Below, in pieces: positions 1-64,000 of a DNA stretch of 64,000 nucleotides. The DNA comes from Rhynchobatus australiae (Eukaryota): NCBI GenBank assembly GCA_034780895.1, contig JAUZTB010000048.1, positions 43,548,857 to 43,612,856 on the forward strand. Direction: 5' to 3'. The notes below the pieces were generated by a model, which saw only the letters and a list, made by a program, of their open reading frames with translations, was not told the origin of the DNA and searched no databases. A program made the translations under genes and the position numbers. The number at the start of each line of letters is the position of its first letter. Position 1 is the first letter of the stretch.

Positions 1-1624
1 TTCCACATCCTCATCCAAGTCATTTATAAATGTGCTGTCAGTGGGATTAGTTTCATTTGGCAACATGGTCACACAGACATTGTGGTCCAAAGAGCCTGTG
101 ACTGTGCCGTACTGTTGTATGTTCTATAACTTGCTGTTGCTCTGCTGATGTTACCTAAGCAGATCCCACAGGGTTTTAATTTGTTGGCTCTACTCCAAAT
201 GACAATGGAATATTTCTCTCTTTAATGGTAACCAGTACCAGTAAGACAAATTATTCCAATCTATCAGAAATGTGCCTTTTTCTCTCTGTCTACCAACTGG
301 GTTTTTGTGCTTTTTATTTGATTTCTAATAGTTATAATTTATTTTATTTTGTTATTTCACCTTTGGATTATTTGATGCAACAAATCCATTGAGTGTATGT
401 TTGTTCACTAAGGTGGTTTGCTGTACTTTTATGTAGCCATGATTCTGCCACAGTTTGGTCAGATAAGCACCTGAGTTGATGTGTGTTTTAGAATGTGTAC
501 TGAGTTCTGACACGGACCTGTGTGCATGTCTGTGCATGAGTCACATGGTGCGGAGAGCTGAAGCACAGATTGCCAGTTGACCTGGGAAATGTACAAAGCA
601 TGTAAAGAAGGTGAAAGCACCTCATTTGGACTCTGGTTTCTGTCTCAAAGTTTTACCAAATGATGGACCTTGAGTGGCATTTCACCAGATGGTGTCTTAA
701 AGGCAACAGAGAAGTGTGAGTGTGCCTGGACAACAACTGCATTGGCATTGGTAATGTTGTTACAATCAAAATTGTTCATGTTTGGCTCTCTATAGTTTCT
801 ACCTCTTGTCTTTATGTGCCAATTTATTTAGTGGTTGATACAAAACAAAAAGTGTAATTTCTATCCTGTGTCAGAAAAACTTCTGGAATGGGACAAGCTG
901 CAATTGTGGCTGATGGAAGACTCTAAAACGTAAAGGATNNNNNNNNNNNNNNNNNNNNNNNNNNNNNNNNNNTTTTCTTATTTGTTTCCGAGCTGAGTGC
1001 TTGTGATTAAACCTTTGAGGTTGGAGTCTGTTTAGCTTTCCTGAACGTTTCAATAACTGCCTGTCGTAACCTGGCAACAGAAGATGGCTTCTGCAAAATA
1101 TAGATTTTGATTTGGATACTCTGAATGTTGCTCAGTCGAAAGTAAAACACTTCAACATCCAAACAATATGATTTATAAGCCAGCACACCAGTATGATGGG
1201 GACTTACAGAAGGTGGGCAATGATGAATGAAGGCAAAGCTGGTAGTAGCGGGAAAAGGAGAGGAAATGTGCAGAAGCCTAGTGTTGGACGTATCAGGAGT
1301 TCAGAGACAAGGATTTTGTAGTGTTACATTTTGTTTGGCTGGAAGCCAAAATCCAGGAGTGATGCTCAGTTTCAGCATGGTGAGGGATAGGACATAGCAA
1401 CAGTGTTTTAATGAGCTGATGTTCTTGGAGAGAGTGACATGTAAGGTTATCAAGGAGAAAAGTCAAGTCTCAAAACAGAGGGCTCTGATGAGGATTCCGC
1501 AGCAGTTAGACTGAGGCGAGGGTGGAAGAAGGTTCTGAATTGGGAAGGAGGTGGTCATGGTGACAGACAAGCAACAAAGTCAGAACAGTTTGGTTCAAGC
1601 CAAGAAAGTGCTTGGGTTACGATT

Positions 1625-2285
1625 GGGTTCAGCCATGCCAACCAAGATTCCCATCTAAGTTAGTCCCATTTGCCTGCATTTGGCCCGTATACCTCCAAAG
1701 CTTTCTTATCCATGTTCCTGTCCAATTTTTTTTTAAATGTTGTTAATATATCTGCCTCAACTGCTTCCTCTGGCAGCTCATTCCATATACTGACCACCCT
1801 CTGAGTGAAGAAGTTGCCCCTCAGGTTTCTACTAAATCTCTCCTCTCTCACTTTAACCTATGTCCTCTAGTTCTTGATTCCCCAAACCTGGGAAAAAGAC
1901 TATGCGCATGATTTGTACACCTCTATAAGATTACTCCTCATTCTCCAACGATCCAATGAATAAATTCCCAACCTGCTCAACCTCTCTCCATAACTCAATC
2001 CCTCAAGTCCTGGCAACATCCTAGTAAGTCTCCTCTGCACGTGTCCCAGCTTAATAGAATCTTTCCTGTACCAGGGTGACCAAAACTGAACACTATTCTA
2101 AATGCGGCCTCACCGATGTCTTATGCAACTATAACATAACATCCCAACTTCCATACACATTGTCTTAACTGATGAAAGCCAGCATGCCAAAAGCCTTTGT
2201 CACCACAATGTCTACCTGCAATGCCTCTTTCAGGGAACCACATACTTCCTAGCTCCCTCTGTTCTACAGCACTCCCCAGGGCCTA
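1625..2285 (-). mobile_element. CR1-clade LINE, 3' fragment
   Basis: Minus-strand remnant RGNFFTQRVVSIWNELPEEAVEA...FKKKLD is typical of the CR1 ORF2 C-terminus; frameshifted. Confidence 0.85.
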
Positions 2286-2299
2286 GGTGGACATGTAAG

Positions 2300-3225
2300 T
2301 GAGTGCGGGATACCTGAAATTGGGAAAATTCAGTGTTCATATCATTGGGTTGTAAGTTACCCAAGCAAAACATGAGGTATTGTTCTTCCAATTTGTGTTT
2401 GGCCTCACTGGTGCAATGGAGAAGGCCGAGGACAGACAGGTCAGNNNNNNNNGAGTTAAAATGATGTGCAACCTGAAGCTTGAGATGGCCATTATGGACA
2501 GAGCACAGGTGCTCCACAAAGCATTACCTAGTCTATGCTTGGTTTCTCCAATGTAGAGGAGACCACATCATGAGCACCAAATGTAGTTGGGCGAGGTGCA
2601 GGTAAACCCTCTGCCTCACCTGGAAGGGCTGTTTAGGTCCTTGGATGAGGGTGGAGGTGAAGAGACAGGTGTTACACCTAAGTTTGCAGGGGAAAGTGCC
2701 AAGGAGACAGGGAAGGAGGGATGAGTGGACCAGGGAGTCAAAAAGAGAGTGGTCCCTGCAGAAAGCAGAAAGGGGTGGGGGAGTAAAGAGGGGAGGATGT
2801 GACTTGTGATGAGATCATGTTGGATCTGGAAGTAGTGTGAAGGATAATGTGTTCGCTGCAGAGGTTGGTGGGATGAAAGGTGAGGACCAAGGGAACTCTA
2901 TTGCTGTTCTGTCTGGGGATAGGATGTTGAGTTAGAGCAGACATGTGGGAATTGGAGGAAATGTGTGTGAGGGCTCCATCATCTAGAGCAGAGGGAAAGC
3001 CATGTTTCCTGAAAGAAGATGATATTCAGAAACCATAGAGCAGGTCTCATCTTAAGAACAGATGAAATGGAGATGGAGTAATTGAGAAAAAGAAATGGCA
3101 TCCTTACAGGAGGAAAGTGGGAGAAAGTGGGTTTATAGAAGATGTCAGTAGATGGAGACAGATTCAGAAAAGGAACAAAAATGTCAAATGTAGTCCTGTT
3201 CTTGCATACAATTGAGCCAGAGAGA
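2300..3225 (-). mobile_element. Penelope-like element fragment (RT C-terminus and GIY-YIG endonuclease)
   Basis: Minus-strand remnants NRVPLVLTFHPTN and EHLCSV...VAHHFN...SVLGLLHC...KLEEQYLMFCLGNLQPNDMNTEF resemble the PLE linker and GIY-YIG domain end. Confidence 0.8.
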
Positions 3226-4854
3226 ATCCTTTACANNNNNNNNNNNNNNNNNNNNNNNNNNNNNNNNNNNNNNNNNNNNNNNNNNNNNNNNNNNNNNNNN
3301 NNNNNNNNNNNNNNNNNNNNNNNNNNNNNNNNNNNAAGGCTTCAAGTTTTAGATTTTGATTGGAAGACATACAGCAGTACGGAGGTGGTACAACCCTGAA
3401 TGACAACAATTTGGACTGACAGCTTCAATTCCAGAATTTAGGGGCTTGACAGCTAAAAGTACAGCCACCTATGGTAGAGTGAATAAAATTAGGGATATGC
3501 CAGAATTAGAGCACAGAGAGAACATGAGAAATAGAAGGACAGGGTGGAAATTGGGGCAAAGGTGATGAAATTGATGAGTTCTGCATGGGTGTAGGAAGCA
3601 ACTTGTGTAGGGATGCTGAGCTTGGGTATCTAACCTAATCTAACCTGTTTTGGGTGAGACTGGTGGGATTGAATCTGGACTCTCACTGGATTACTGTTCT
3701 ATACTGGAATTTTATATGTTTGCACATGGAGTCATTATGAAGAGCTCTGTTGTTTAGAATGAATAGCAGTTTGTTTGCTCTGGTTAGCAAATGGACCCCT
3801 AATCCTTGATGGATTTTTTGAGTTTCTGTGTTGATGTTTTTTTAANNNNNNNNNNNNNNNNNNNNNNNNNNNNNNNNNNNNNNNNNNNNNNNNNNNNNNN
3901 NNNNNNNNNNNNNNNNNNNNNNNNNNNNNNNNNNNNNNNNNNNNNTTTTTTTAATTGCTATAATCTTGCTAGCTCTGCCATGCTGTTCACTTTCTTGTAC
4001 ATCTATTGCAGTCTGCAGAGTTTTGGTGCTAAGTGGACAGTAGATAACTCTCCACTAAATCTAACTGAAATTTTGAGAAAAAAAAGTTTAGGATGGACAG
4101 TGTTGTTTAGAACATTGCCAGCAAGAGTCTCTACTATAGAAGCTTCCTTACAGCTGTGACATCTGTGCTGTTTACATCTGTGCTTCAGATAAGTCCTTCG
4201 CACTGTTTCCAAGGCTTTAGTTGTGGGAGTAACTAAAATGGGAATAGTCTGTGGGTCAGAACAATTCATAGAGTGGCTGGTAATTCAGGAACAGTGAGCT
4301 TTACCTCTGGATGTAAATTGTGTTTTTGAATAGGAAGCCATTAACTCCCTTGAGCCTGTTCCACAAATCCATTATATCAAGGATGTACATCAAATCCATT
4401 TATTCCTTTTGTGTTTTGGATCCTGGCAACTTGCTAAATGATCTAGTTGAAGAAATTATTTTCGAAGGCTTCATCTGAGCTCATTTTTCCCTATGTACCT
4501 AGACTGTCATTTGCATTATTGTAGGTTAGCATCTGAGGAGGAGCAGGAGGTGCAGGGAGGTAGAGAGAGAGGAAGTGTTGTGTCCCACCTGATTCACTGG
4601 AACCTGTTGTTTCAGATTTTTTTTTGACTAAAATCTGAGCTCAGTTGATTATTGAGACCAAGTCTGCACCTTATTTTTGTTTGGACTGGAGGGAAACTGT
4701 GAAAGTTTTGGCTGGTCTGGCTAGCTTGGCTGCTTTTCTCTGGTGGACTTTGTGAATATTTTGCTAATTTCAGGATGATTATCTTCCTTCCTGTCCCATT
4801 TCATTAGCTTTTGTTGGTCTGTTGTTTTAGGATAATTCATTGACTGTAATGTTT

Positions 4855-5200
4855 AACCAGCACCAAATCCTGCTCACCCATTACCTAATGGGTCACTGAT
4901 CTACACTGGCTCCTGGACTGGCAAAGGCTTAATTTTTACATTTTCATCCTTTATCAACTTCTGCGCTTCTGTGAGCATGCTCGTGCCTGTCTTTGTGAAC
5001 TCCATCCCTCTAACCTTCAAATGAAAGATCACCAAGATCATATTGAACAGGGAATAAGTGAGGGCACAGTGACCAACTCCTGCTTCTTGTTCTTGTGTTC
5101 TCTCTGTGCTCTTAATTCTGGCCTCTTGTATATCTCTAATTGTATTCACTCTACCATGGGTGGCTGTGCCTTTAACTGCCAAGCCCCTAAGCTCTGGAAT
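4855..5200 (+). mobile_element. L2-clade LINE, 3' fragment (inverted sister copy at about 3428-3530)
   Basis: Remnants resembling LHWL..., then STMGGCAFNCQAPKLWN (L2 ORF2 end GGRAFS.AP.LWN); interrupted near 4970-5085. Confidence 0.65.
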
Positions 5201-5621
5201 CAAAGTTGCCAGTGCAAATTATGTCATTCAGGGTTGCACAACCTCTGTACTGTTGATCTTTGGATCAAAATCTAAAACTTGAATCTTTAGGAAGGATTCT
5301 GACAGGTTCAATTGTACATAAGAATAGGAAGCTATTAACTCCCTTGAGCCTGTTCCACAAGTCATTGTATCAATGATGTACATCAAATCCATTAGCTCAC
5401 CTTGGTTCCATGTCTCTTGATACCCTTCCCCAGAAAACTTTGTATATCTCAGTTTATAAGTTTTGGTTGTCCAGGGCCTGTTGTGCCTGACCTTCCCAGA
5501 CTGACTAAAGGTCTAAATAGAAACAGAAAATGCTGGAGATGCACAGCAGATCAGACAGCATCTGTGAAGAGAGAAACAGAATTAATATTTCATGGCAATG
5601 ACCTTTGATTAGAACTGGAAA

Positions 5622-6212
5622 AGTATTGGTATTGGTTTATTATTGTCACTTGTACTGAGGTACAGTGGAAAAAGTTGTCTTGCAAACTGATTGTACCGGT
5701 CAATTCATTACACAGTGCAGTTACATTGAGTTAGTACAGAGTGCATTGATGTGGTACAGGTAAAAACAATTACAAAGACAATGAGAGGTAAAGACCATGG
5801 AGTCCAAGGAGGGGAGGCTGGTGTCCATGATGCGCTGGGCTGTGACCACAACTCTCTGCAGTTTCTTACGGTCCTGGGCAGAGCTGTGCTGTACCAAGCA
5901 ATGATACATCCAGATCAGATGCTTTCTATGGTGCATCAGTAAAAGTTGGTGAGTGTCAAAGGGGACAAACCAAATTTCTTTAGCCTCCTGAGGAAGTAGA
6001 GGCACTGGTGAGCTTTCTTGGGCATGGCTTCTACGTGATTTGACTAGGACAGGCTGTTGGTGATGTTCACTCCCAGGAACTTGAAGCTCTCAACTCTCTC
6101 AACCTCAGCACCGTTGATGTAGACAGGTACATGTACACTGCTCCCTTTCCTGAAGTCAATGACCAGCTCTTTAGTTTTGTTGACATTGAGGGAAAGGTTG
6201 TTGTCATGACAG
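5622..6212 (-). mobile_element. Rex1/Babar-clade LINE, 3' fragment
   Basis: CHDNNLSLNVNKTKELVIDFRK...INGAEVERVESFKFLGVNITNSLS and SSAQDRKKLQRVV on the minus strand; tail AATAAACCAATACCAATAC. Other copies at about 7030-7110, 13415-13912 and 53425-53790. Confidence 0.8.
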
Positions 6213-6214
6213 AG

Positions 6215-6800
6215 TATATATCTGATACACTCCAATCCAGGCAACATCCTGGCAAACCTCTTCTGCATCCTCTCCACAGCCTTCACGTCCTTCCTGTGAT
6301 GTGGTGACCAGAACTGCACACAATGCTCCAAATGTGGCTGAACCAAAATGTTACACAGCTGCAACATGACTTCCTGACTTTTATGTGAAATGCTTCAACC
6401 AACGAAGGCAAGCATGTCAACGGGTTCTTTACCACCCCATCCAGTTAAGATTTAAGATTTCTTTATTAGTCACATGTACATCAAAACACACAGTCAAATG
6501 CATCTTTTGCGCAGAGTGCTCTGGGGGCAGCCCACAAGTGTTCAATTCCACCTTCCTAACCCGTACGTCTTTGGAATGTGGGAGGAAACCGGAGCACCCG
6601 GAGGAAACCCGCGCAGACATGGGAGAACGTACTAACTCCTTACAGACATCAGTTGGAATTGAACCTGGGTCACTGGTGCTGTAATAGCGTTACGCTGACC
6701 ACTACACTACCGTGCCTGTTACACTGCCACTTTCAGGGAGCTATGGACTTGTACCTCAAAATCCCTCTGTACAGCAGTACTATTAAAGACCTTACCCACT
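6215..6800 (-). mobile_element. CR1 LINE fragment interrupted by a SINE (6445-6717)
   Basis: MLQLCNILVQPHLEHCVQFWSPHHRKDV...QKRFARMLPGL; CR1 sequence resumes after the SINE. Confidence 0.8.
6445..6717 (-). mobile_element. tRNA-derived V-SINE (HE1-like)
   Basis: Minus strand begins GGCACGGTAGTGTAGTGG (A box)...GGTTCAATTCC (B box), followed by V-domain GGGTTTCCTCCGGGTGCTCCGGTTTCCTCCCACATTCCAAAGAC. Confidence 0.85.
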
Positions 6801-7310
6801 TATTCTAGCTCCATGCATAAATTGCCTCAATTGTCTTTGAGTGGACCTACCCTTTCTTGAGCTACCCTCTTGCTTCTAATATATATAATAACTGCCCTGA
6901 TATTCTTCTTAATCCTACTTATCAAGAANNNNNNNNNNNNNNNNNNNNNNNNNNNNNNNNNNNNNNNNNNNNNNNNNNNNNNNNNNNNNNNNNNNNNNNN
7001 NNNNNNNNNNNNNNNNNNNNNNNNNNNNAGTTTCTTGCGGTCAAGGGTAGAGCAGTTGCCATACCAAGCCGTGATGCATCCAGATAGGATGCTTTCTATG
7101 GTGCATCGATAAAATATGTTTTAAATTGCAGAGAAGGAGAGAATGAAGGGAATGTCTGTGATAGGGTGGATATGAGGAGAATCCTGACGACACAAATGCT
7201 GTTGGTGCCATGTAAGAAAGGGTGGTGAAGGCTTCTAACTGATCTGTCTGTGGGAGGTGTAAATAGAGGCAGATGAATGAATACAGAGGAGAGAACACTG
7301 CAGTTGTACA

Positions 7311-7545
7311 TCTGAAATATAAGAGAATGCTGGAAATGCTCAGGTCAGGCAGCTTCTGTGGAGGGAAAAAAACTGAGTTAACGTTACAGATCGATAACTG
7401 TATCAGAACTAGTCGCAATCAGGGAACAGCTTGTTACCATGCTTTTCCACTTCTGGTGAAAGGTCAGCGACCTGAAGCACCAGATCTGTTTCTGTCTCTC
7501 CACATGTACTGAAGCGTTTTGTGTTTTTATTTCACTTTCCAATTT
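7311..7545. mobile_element. Palindromic Penelope-derived terminal-repeat element (two inverted arms)
   Basis: Left arm ...ATGCTGGAAATGCTCAGGTCAGGCAGC...TATCAGAACT; right arm TTCTGGTGAAAGGTCAGCGACCTGAAG...TCTGTTTCTGTCTCTCCACA, in opposite orientation. Confidence 0.6.
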
Positions 7546-8559
7546 TTGTGGTTTTTTTTATGTTTACAAGGCTTGTTCTGGGCCGCAGAGAAGCTGGAAT
7601 TGTGATCCGGTACATGAATTATTTTGCCAACAGCTAAGTTTTCCATTTGCTCTCACTTTGTTTCTGATTTGTACTGGCATGTATTTACTTGATGGTGGTA
7701 TTTTACCCCCTTGCATAGCCCAGAATCATGATATGTGTTGAGTTTGTTTGGAAGTTTTTAGAGGGCCTGTTATGAATCTGTCAGAATGTCTGCTGTGATT
7801 CAGATGTTTCTTGAGAATGAAGAAGAATGATTTGAAAATGGCATCTGTGTGGTCAGCAGTGCCTGATGGACTCATTCAAGTGAGGAATTTTTGGGTTACA
7901 TCTCTGGTACATCCCTGAAAATTCGTAATATTCAGTGGAGTATCTGGTGAGGCCAGGAGTTGGAATGTTACCAGTTTCCTGATGCCATCAGTATCTGAAA
8001 CTCCTCCTTGGGATGTGTTGCAATAAGGAACTGTACCAGATCTAACTGCAAAGCACCAAGAGAAGCAGTTGTAGTGAAAGTACTGCCACAATCAGATGGA
8101 AGATGAAAGTGCTGTCNNNCTCATTGGCCTCTACCAAGTTCAGTCGAAGTTAGTCGCTTTGCTGGGAGCTGCTGTGGTATTATCTGATACCACTGGTCTC
8201 TTGTGTTTGGGGGCACCTCTGCCTGGAGGGCAACTTTTGCACCTTAAGGGTATCAACGAGTGTGGATTAGGGAAATTAACATTTGGAACTTGTCTGCATA
8301 GATTGTTAACAGAGGGAGATGAAAAAGAACAGAAGGAAGAAAAACAATGCTGGAACTGTAGGATGCATTTTAATCAGCTGTACTGTTAATTTGTTTGTTC
8401 TCCTGTCATTTGAAGAATGATGTATTCTGCAAACTCAATGCTAGCCATCAAGAAAGATAAGACAACCTGGAATTCTTCTACAGAACAAGAAAACTTGATG
8501 AAGGTGAAGTTATGAAAGGGTTCACTTGAATAAACATATTTCTACTTATGGGATGATAG

Positions 8560-11500
8560 CACTAAAACAAGTGCATAGGCAGGTTGTGAGGAGAACACAA
8601 AGAGCCTACAAAAGAATGTAGGTCAGTAAGTGAGTGAAAGTGAAGTTAGCAGATAAAGTATAATGCGGGAATTTGTGAGGTTATCTACTTTGAAAGAGAA
8701 TAAAAAGCAAGTTGTTGTTTGAGTGAAGTGAGACTACAGAATGTTGCGAATCAAAGAGATCTGGCCTAGGGCATGAAACACAAAATGTTATCATGCAGGT
8801 ATAGCAAGGAAGGGTAATGGAAATGGTATAGAGTATAAAATAGAGAAACTTTGATGTAACTTTACAGAGAACTAGTGCGACTGCACCTGGAGTACAGTGT
8901 ACAGTTTCAGTCTCTGTATTTAAGGAGTGATTGGTAGTGAAGAACATGCAAGAGGCTATTAAATAATAGGGTACTTAGAAAATATCAACAAGATTAGACA
9001 AAGTCAGCATGCATTTCTGAAAGGGAAATCATGTTTGATGAAACCACAAGCTTTCCTTTGGGCATTAACTAGTAGAATAAATAAGGAAGAACCAGTGGAT
9101 ATAGTGGATTTGGATTTTCAGAAGGCCTTTGATTCATGTGGTATGGGAAGAGCACAAGTATATGGTGTTGAGATTGAAGGTCAGCCATGATCATATTGAA
9201 TGACAGAGCAGAGTGGAAGGGCCAAATGATCTGCTCCTTTTTTTTACGATGTATGTGCATTGGAGGTTCACATGGTTGAATCTTGGAAAGAAGTGGTTAA
9301 TGGATGACAGTTGAATAGGTCAGACCTATGCTCATTGGGGTTTAGCAGAATGAGAGGTGATCTTATTAAGATGTATAAGATTTTGAGAGGGAATAGTAGG
9401 GTAGATGCTGAAAGGGTGTTTCCTCTGGTGGGGGCCTCTAGAACTTGAGCATGTTTTCAGAATAAGACTTCACCCATTTTAGAGAGAGATGAGGAGAACT
9501 TTCTCTCTTCAAGTGGTTGTAAATCTTTAGAATTCTCTACAAAGATCCTTGGTAGGAGAGTCATTAAAAAGGTTCAAGGAGATTGGCAGACATTTTAAGA
9601 AGCTAAGGAGGTTTGGGGAAAGAATGGGAAAGTGATGTTGAGGTCAAGGTTGGATCAGTCATGATCTTGAATGGCAGAGTATCTCAAGAGGTGAATTAGC
9701 ATGGTCCTACTCCCATTTCCTATATTATTATATACTAAAACTTTAAGGAAATAAAAGCAGAAGCAGACTGTTGGTTCCTTGTGTCTGCTGGACCTTTCAG
9801 TAACCTCAGTGCCACTTTCCTGCTTGTGCAGGTGCAATAACTTTAAAGCAATCACTAATAAATCCAGCAGGGAATTCAGGTGGATCTTCTTTACCTGGAG
9901 AGTGATTAGAATGTACTACTTCATGTAGTACTTGAGGTGAATAGCATATTTAAAAAGGGCTGGATAAGTGAAGCTACAGGTGGGGTCCCAGTTGATGAGC
10001 ACAAGTGTTGTACCTTAAGAAGTGTAGCAGGGATAAACCAAATAATTGTAAGTCAAAGAGTCTAAGGTCAGTGGTAGGGAATTTTTTTGTTAAAAATTTT
10101 GAGGGACAGGGTTAATCTACATTTGGAAAGGCAAGGATTAAGCAAAAATAGAGACCATGGCTTTGTTAGAAGATCTATCCGGCTAATTCAATTGAATTTT
10201 TTGTAGCGGTAACAAAGTGTATTGATGAAGGTGGTATGGTTGATATAGTCTGCATGGAGATTAGTATAAAAATTGGATTAATGTAGGATTAGTGTTGATG
10301 GTCGTTGGGGAATTGTGTGCCAGAGTGCATGTTTCCATGATGCATCTCTCCGATTCTAAGGTTCCACATGGGAAATGGTCCAAAAGTTAGGGCCCACAGA
10401 ATGCAAGGCAAATTGGATTCAAAATTAGCATGGTAACGGAGGTAGAGGGCTCTTTATATGATTGGATGCCTGTGATCAGTGATGTATCATAGGCTGCTAT
10501 GACCCATACTGCTTGCTGTATACATTAACAATTTAGATATGAATGTATGATTAGTAAGTTTTCAGATGACATAAAAATTGATGATGTTATTGATAATGAG
10601 GAGCCTAGTCTTGGGTTATAGGATGGTACTGATCAGTTCATAGAATGGTCAGAATGACGGCAAGTGGAATTTAATCCTGATAAGTGTCAAGTGATGCATT
10701 TGGGAGGCCTAATGAGGGTAGGACATAGACGATGNNNNNNNNNNNNNNNNNNNNNNNNNNNNNNNNNNNNNNNNNNNNNNNNNNNNNNNNNNNNNNNNNN
10801 NNNNNNNNNNNNNNNNNNNNNNNNNNNNNNNNNNGGCCTAATGAGGGTAGGACATAGACGATGAATGGCAGGGAGCTAGGGAGTATTGAGGAACAGAGGG
10901 ACATAGCTGTACAGGAGAAAGATACCTGAAGGTGGCAGGACAGGTAGATAAGATAATGAAGAAGATGCGTGGGGCACTAGCCTTCATTGGCCAGGGTATA
11001 GAATACAAGAGAAAGGGGATATTGGTACAACTTTATAAAACATTGGTGGACTACTGCATACAGTTCTGGTCACTACACTATTAGAAGGATATGATTGTAG
11101 TGGAGAGGGTGCAGAGGAGATTCACCAGGATTTTGCCTGGGATGAAGCAGTTCAGTTATGAGGAGAGACTGGAGAGGCTAAGTTTGTTTTCCTTGGAGAA
11201 GAGGAGGCTGTGGGGGGACCTGATAGAGGTGTACAAAATTGTGAGGGGAATAGATAAAGTAGATAGTAGGCAACATTCCGTCAAAACAGAGGCATCTGAA
11301 ACAAGAGAGCATTGTTTTAGGGTAAGGGGCAAGAGATTATGAGGGGATCTGATGAAGAACTTTTTCACCCTGAGCGTGGTTGGAATCTAGAATGCACTAT
11401 CTGAGTGGAGGTAGTTATTGTCACAACATTTAATAAGTATCTAAATGAGCACTTGAATTGACAATGCTTAGGAGGCACTAAGTGTTGGTAAATAGAATTA

Positions 11501-11580
11501 ATATAGAAGGGTACTTGATGGGCATCATGAACAGGGTGGGCTGAAGGGCCTTTTCTGTATTGTATGACTCTTATGTCTGA
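8560..11580 (+). mobile_element. Cluster of decayed CR1 LINE fragments (at least two copies)
   Basis: Remnants EFNPDKCQVMHLG and ERVQRRFTRILPGM...SYEERLERLSLFSLEKRRLWGDLIEVYKI; 3' tail GGGCTGAAGGGCCTTTTCTGTATTGTATGACTCT near 11540-11575. Confidence 0.85.
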
Positions 11581-12381
11581 ATGAAGGAAAGGCTGGGATG
11601 AAGAGGAATGAGAGCTGTGTGAGTTATAACACCGGTACAGATCATTGGGGACCAATGACCTGCTTTGATACCGTGTGCATTCTCTGCAACTAGGTTATGT
11701 TGCAAATTAGTGCAGCTAATGTATTCCATGATCTTGTCATTTAGGGAGAGGTTTCAGTTAGATCAGTTTATTAGTGCTAGTGATTACTTATCATTTTATC
11801 TTAACCATATGCACTTTAGTTAAAGGATGTGTAGTTATTTGTGACATCTAATTGGGGAAGTTGGTGTAAACAGAGTCATTAATGTCATAGATTGGAGTCA
11901 GGGTGGGGGTGGAGATAGTGTGCTGAGAGGGGGTAATATCTATTTTCAGGAAGACATTTTCATTACTGTTGCTTCTGACCACGGGGAGTGCTTGAGCTTG
12001 TGTTTAGGAAGTTGGTTGATGGGAGCAGAATTTTGTTTTTAACTTCCCTGGTAACTTTCAAAGGATCTATTGTAATAAGAAGATCAGCTGGAGCAAATAC
12101 CCTTCCAAAGAAGTAGCCTGCACTCAAACTGTATAGGCATTAGGAATGAAATTGTAGAGATGGCAGAGGAATTGTGGCTTCAGATATTTAGAGTTCCTGT
12201 GGAGTGATTGGAGGCAGATTCTTGTCTCTCAGCAGCCAGCTAAGCTTCCAAGGCATTCACCATTGTGAATGAAGTATTCTAGCACTGACCCAGCCTCCCT
12301 CCCAAGCTAAGCTGTGTTTAGCAGAGTTGTGACAGTTTGAGATGCTGTCTTAATGACGCAAGTTTCTTGTTTGTTTGGTAG

Positions 12382-64000
<51,619 letters not shown>

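Noticed and set aside
6044-6367. 107-aa ORF fusing CR1 and Rex/Babar RT segments as a novel chimeric gene
   Set aside because: Chance in-frame junction of two adjacent decayed insertions; short, partial domains and no expression signals.
6660-6717. tRNA genes at A/B-box motifs (also about 52770-52832 and 60100-60161)
   Set aside because: These are SINE heads followed by the V domain; no complete cloverleaf.
7571-7609. Possible 39-nt cassette exon (ACSGPQRSWNCDP)
   Set aside because: The T-tract comes from the adjacent repeat tail, the donor GTACAT is weak, and there is no resemblance to CHD6.
8416-8503. Possible alternative exon with ATG (MMYSANSMLAIKKDK...LMK|gtgaag), in phase with exon 12382
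   Set aside because: Weak donor and acceptor, no recognisable homology; indistinguishable from chance without RNA data.

Overview
This is vertebrate genomic DNA from a gappy scaffold. The repeat landscape (CR1 LINEs, V-SINEs, a Deu-domain SINE, Penelope-like elements, Rex/Babar) suggests a cartilaginous fish; that is inference from recalled repeat families, not a database hit. The whole window lies inside one + strand gene, the chromatin remodeller CHD6. I traced 27 internal coding exons from 12382 to the window end, with GT-AG sites and continuous reading phase wherever the sequence is visible. They encode the tandem chromodomains, an intact SNF2 ATPase/helicase core ([20 protein letters not shown]) and the downstream conserved region. 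Start and stop codons lie outside the window, and two exons are partly hidden by N gaps. Introns are mostly decayed retroelements. I found no prokaryotic-type system and no convincing new protein-coding system. The best leads are: (i) a family of Penelope-derived, often palindromic elements carrying minimal hammerhead-ribozyme-like cores, including one tiny copy with a 16-bp target-site duplication; (ii) a candidate 4-nt microexon, phase-equivalent to the neighbouring 61-nt exon; (iii) two long AG-exclusion zones, one ending at a candidate poison acceptor; (iv) V-SINE copies with two different LINE-derived tails; (v) two minisatellite families. Repeat boundaries and family names are approximate, by eye.
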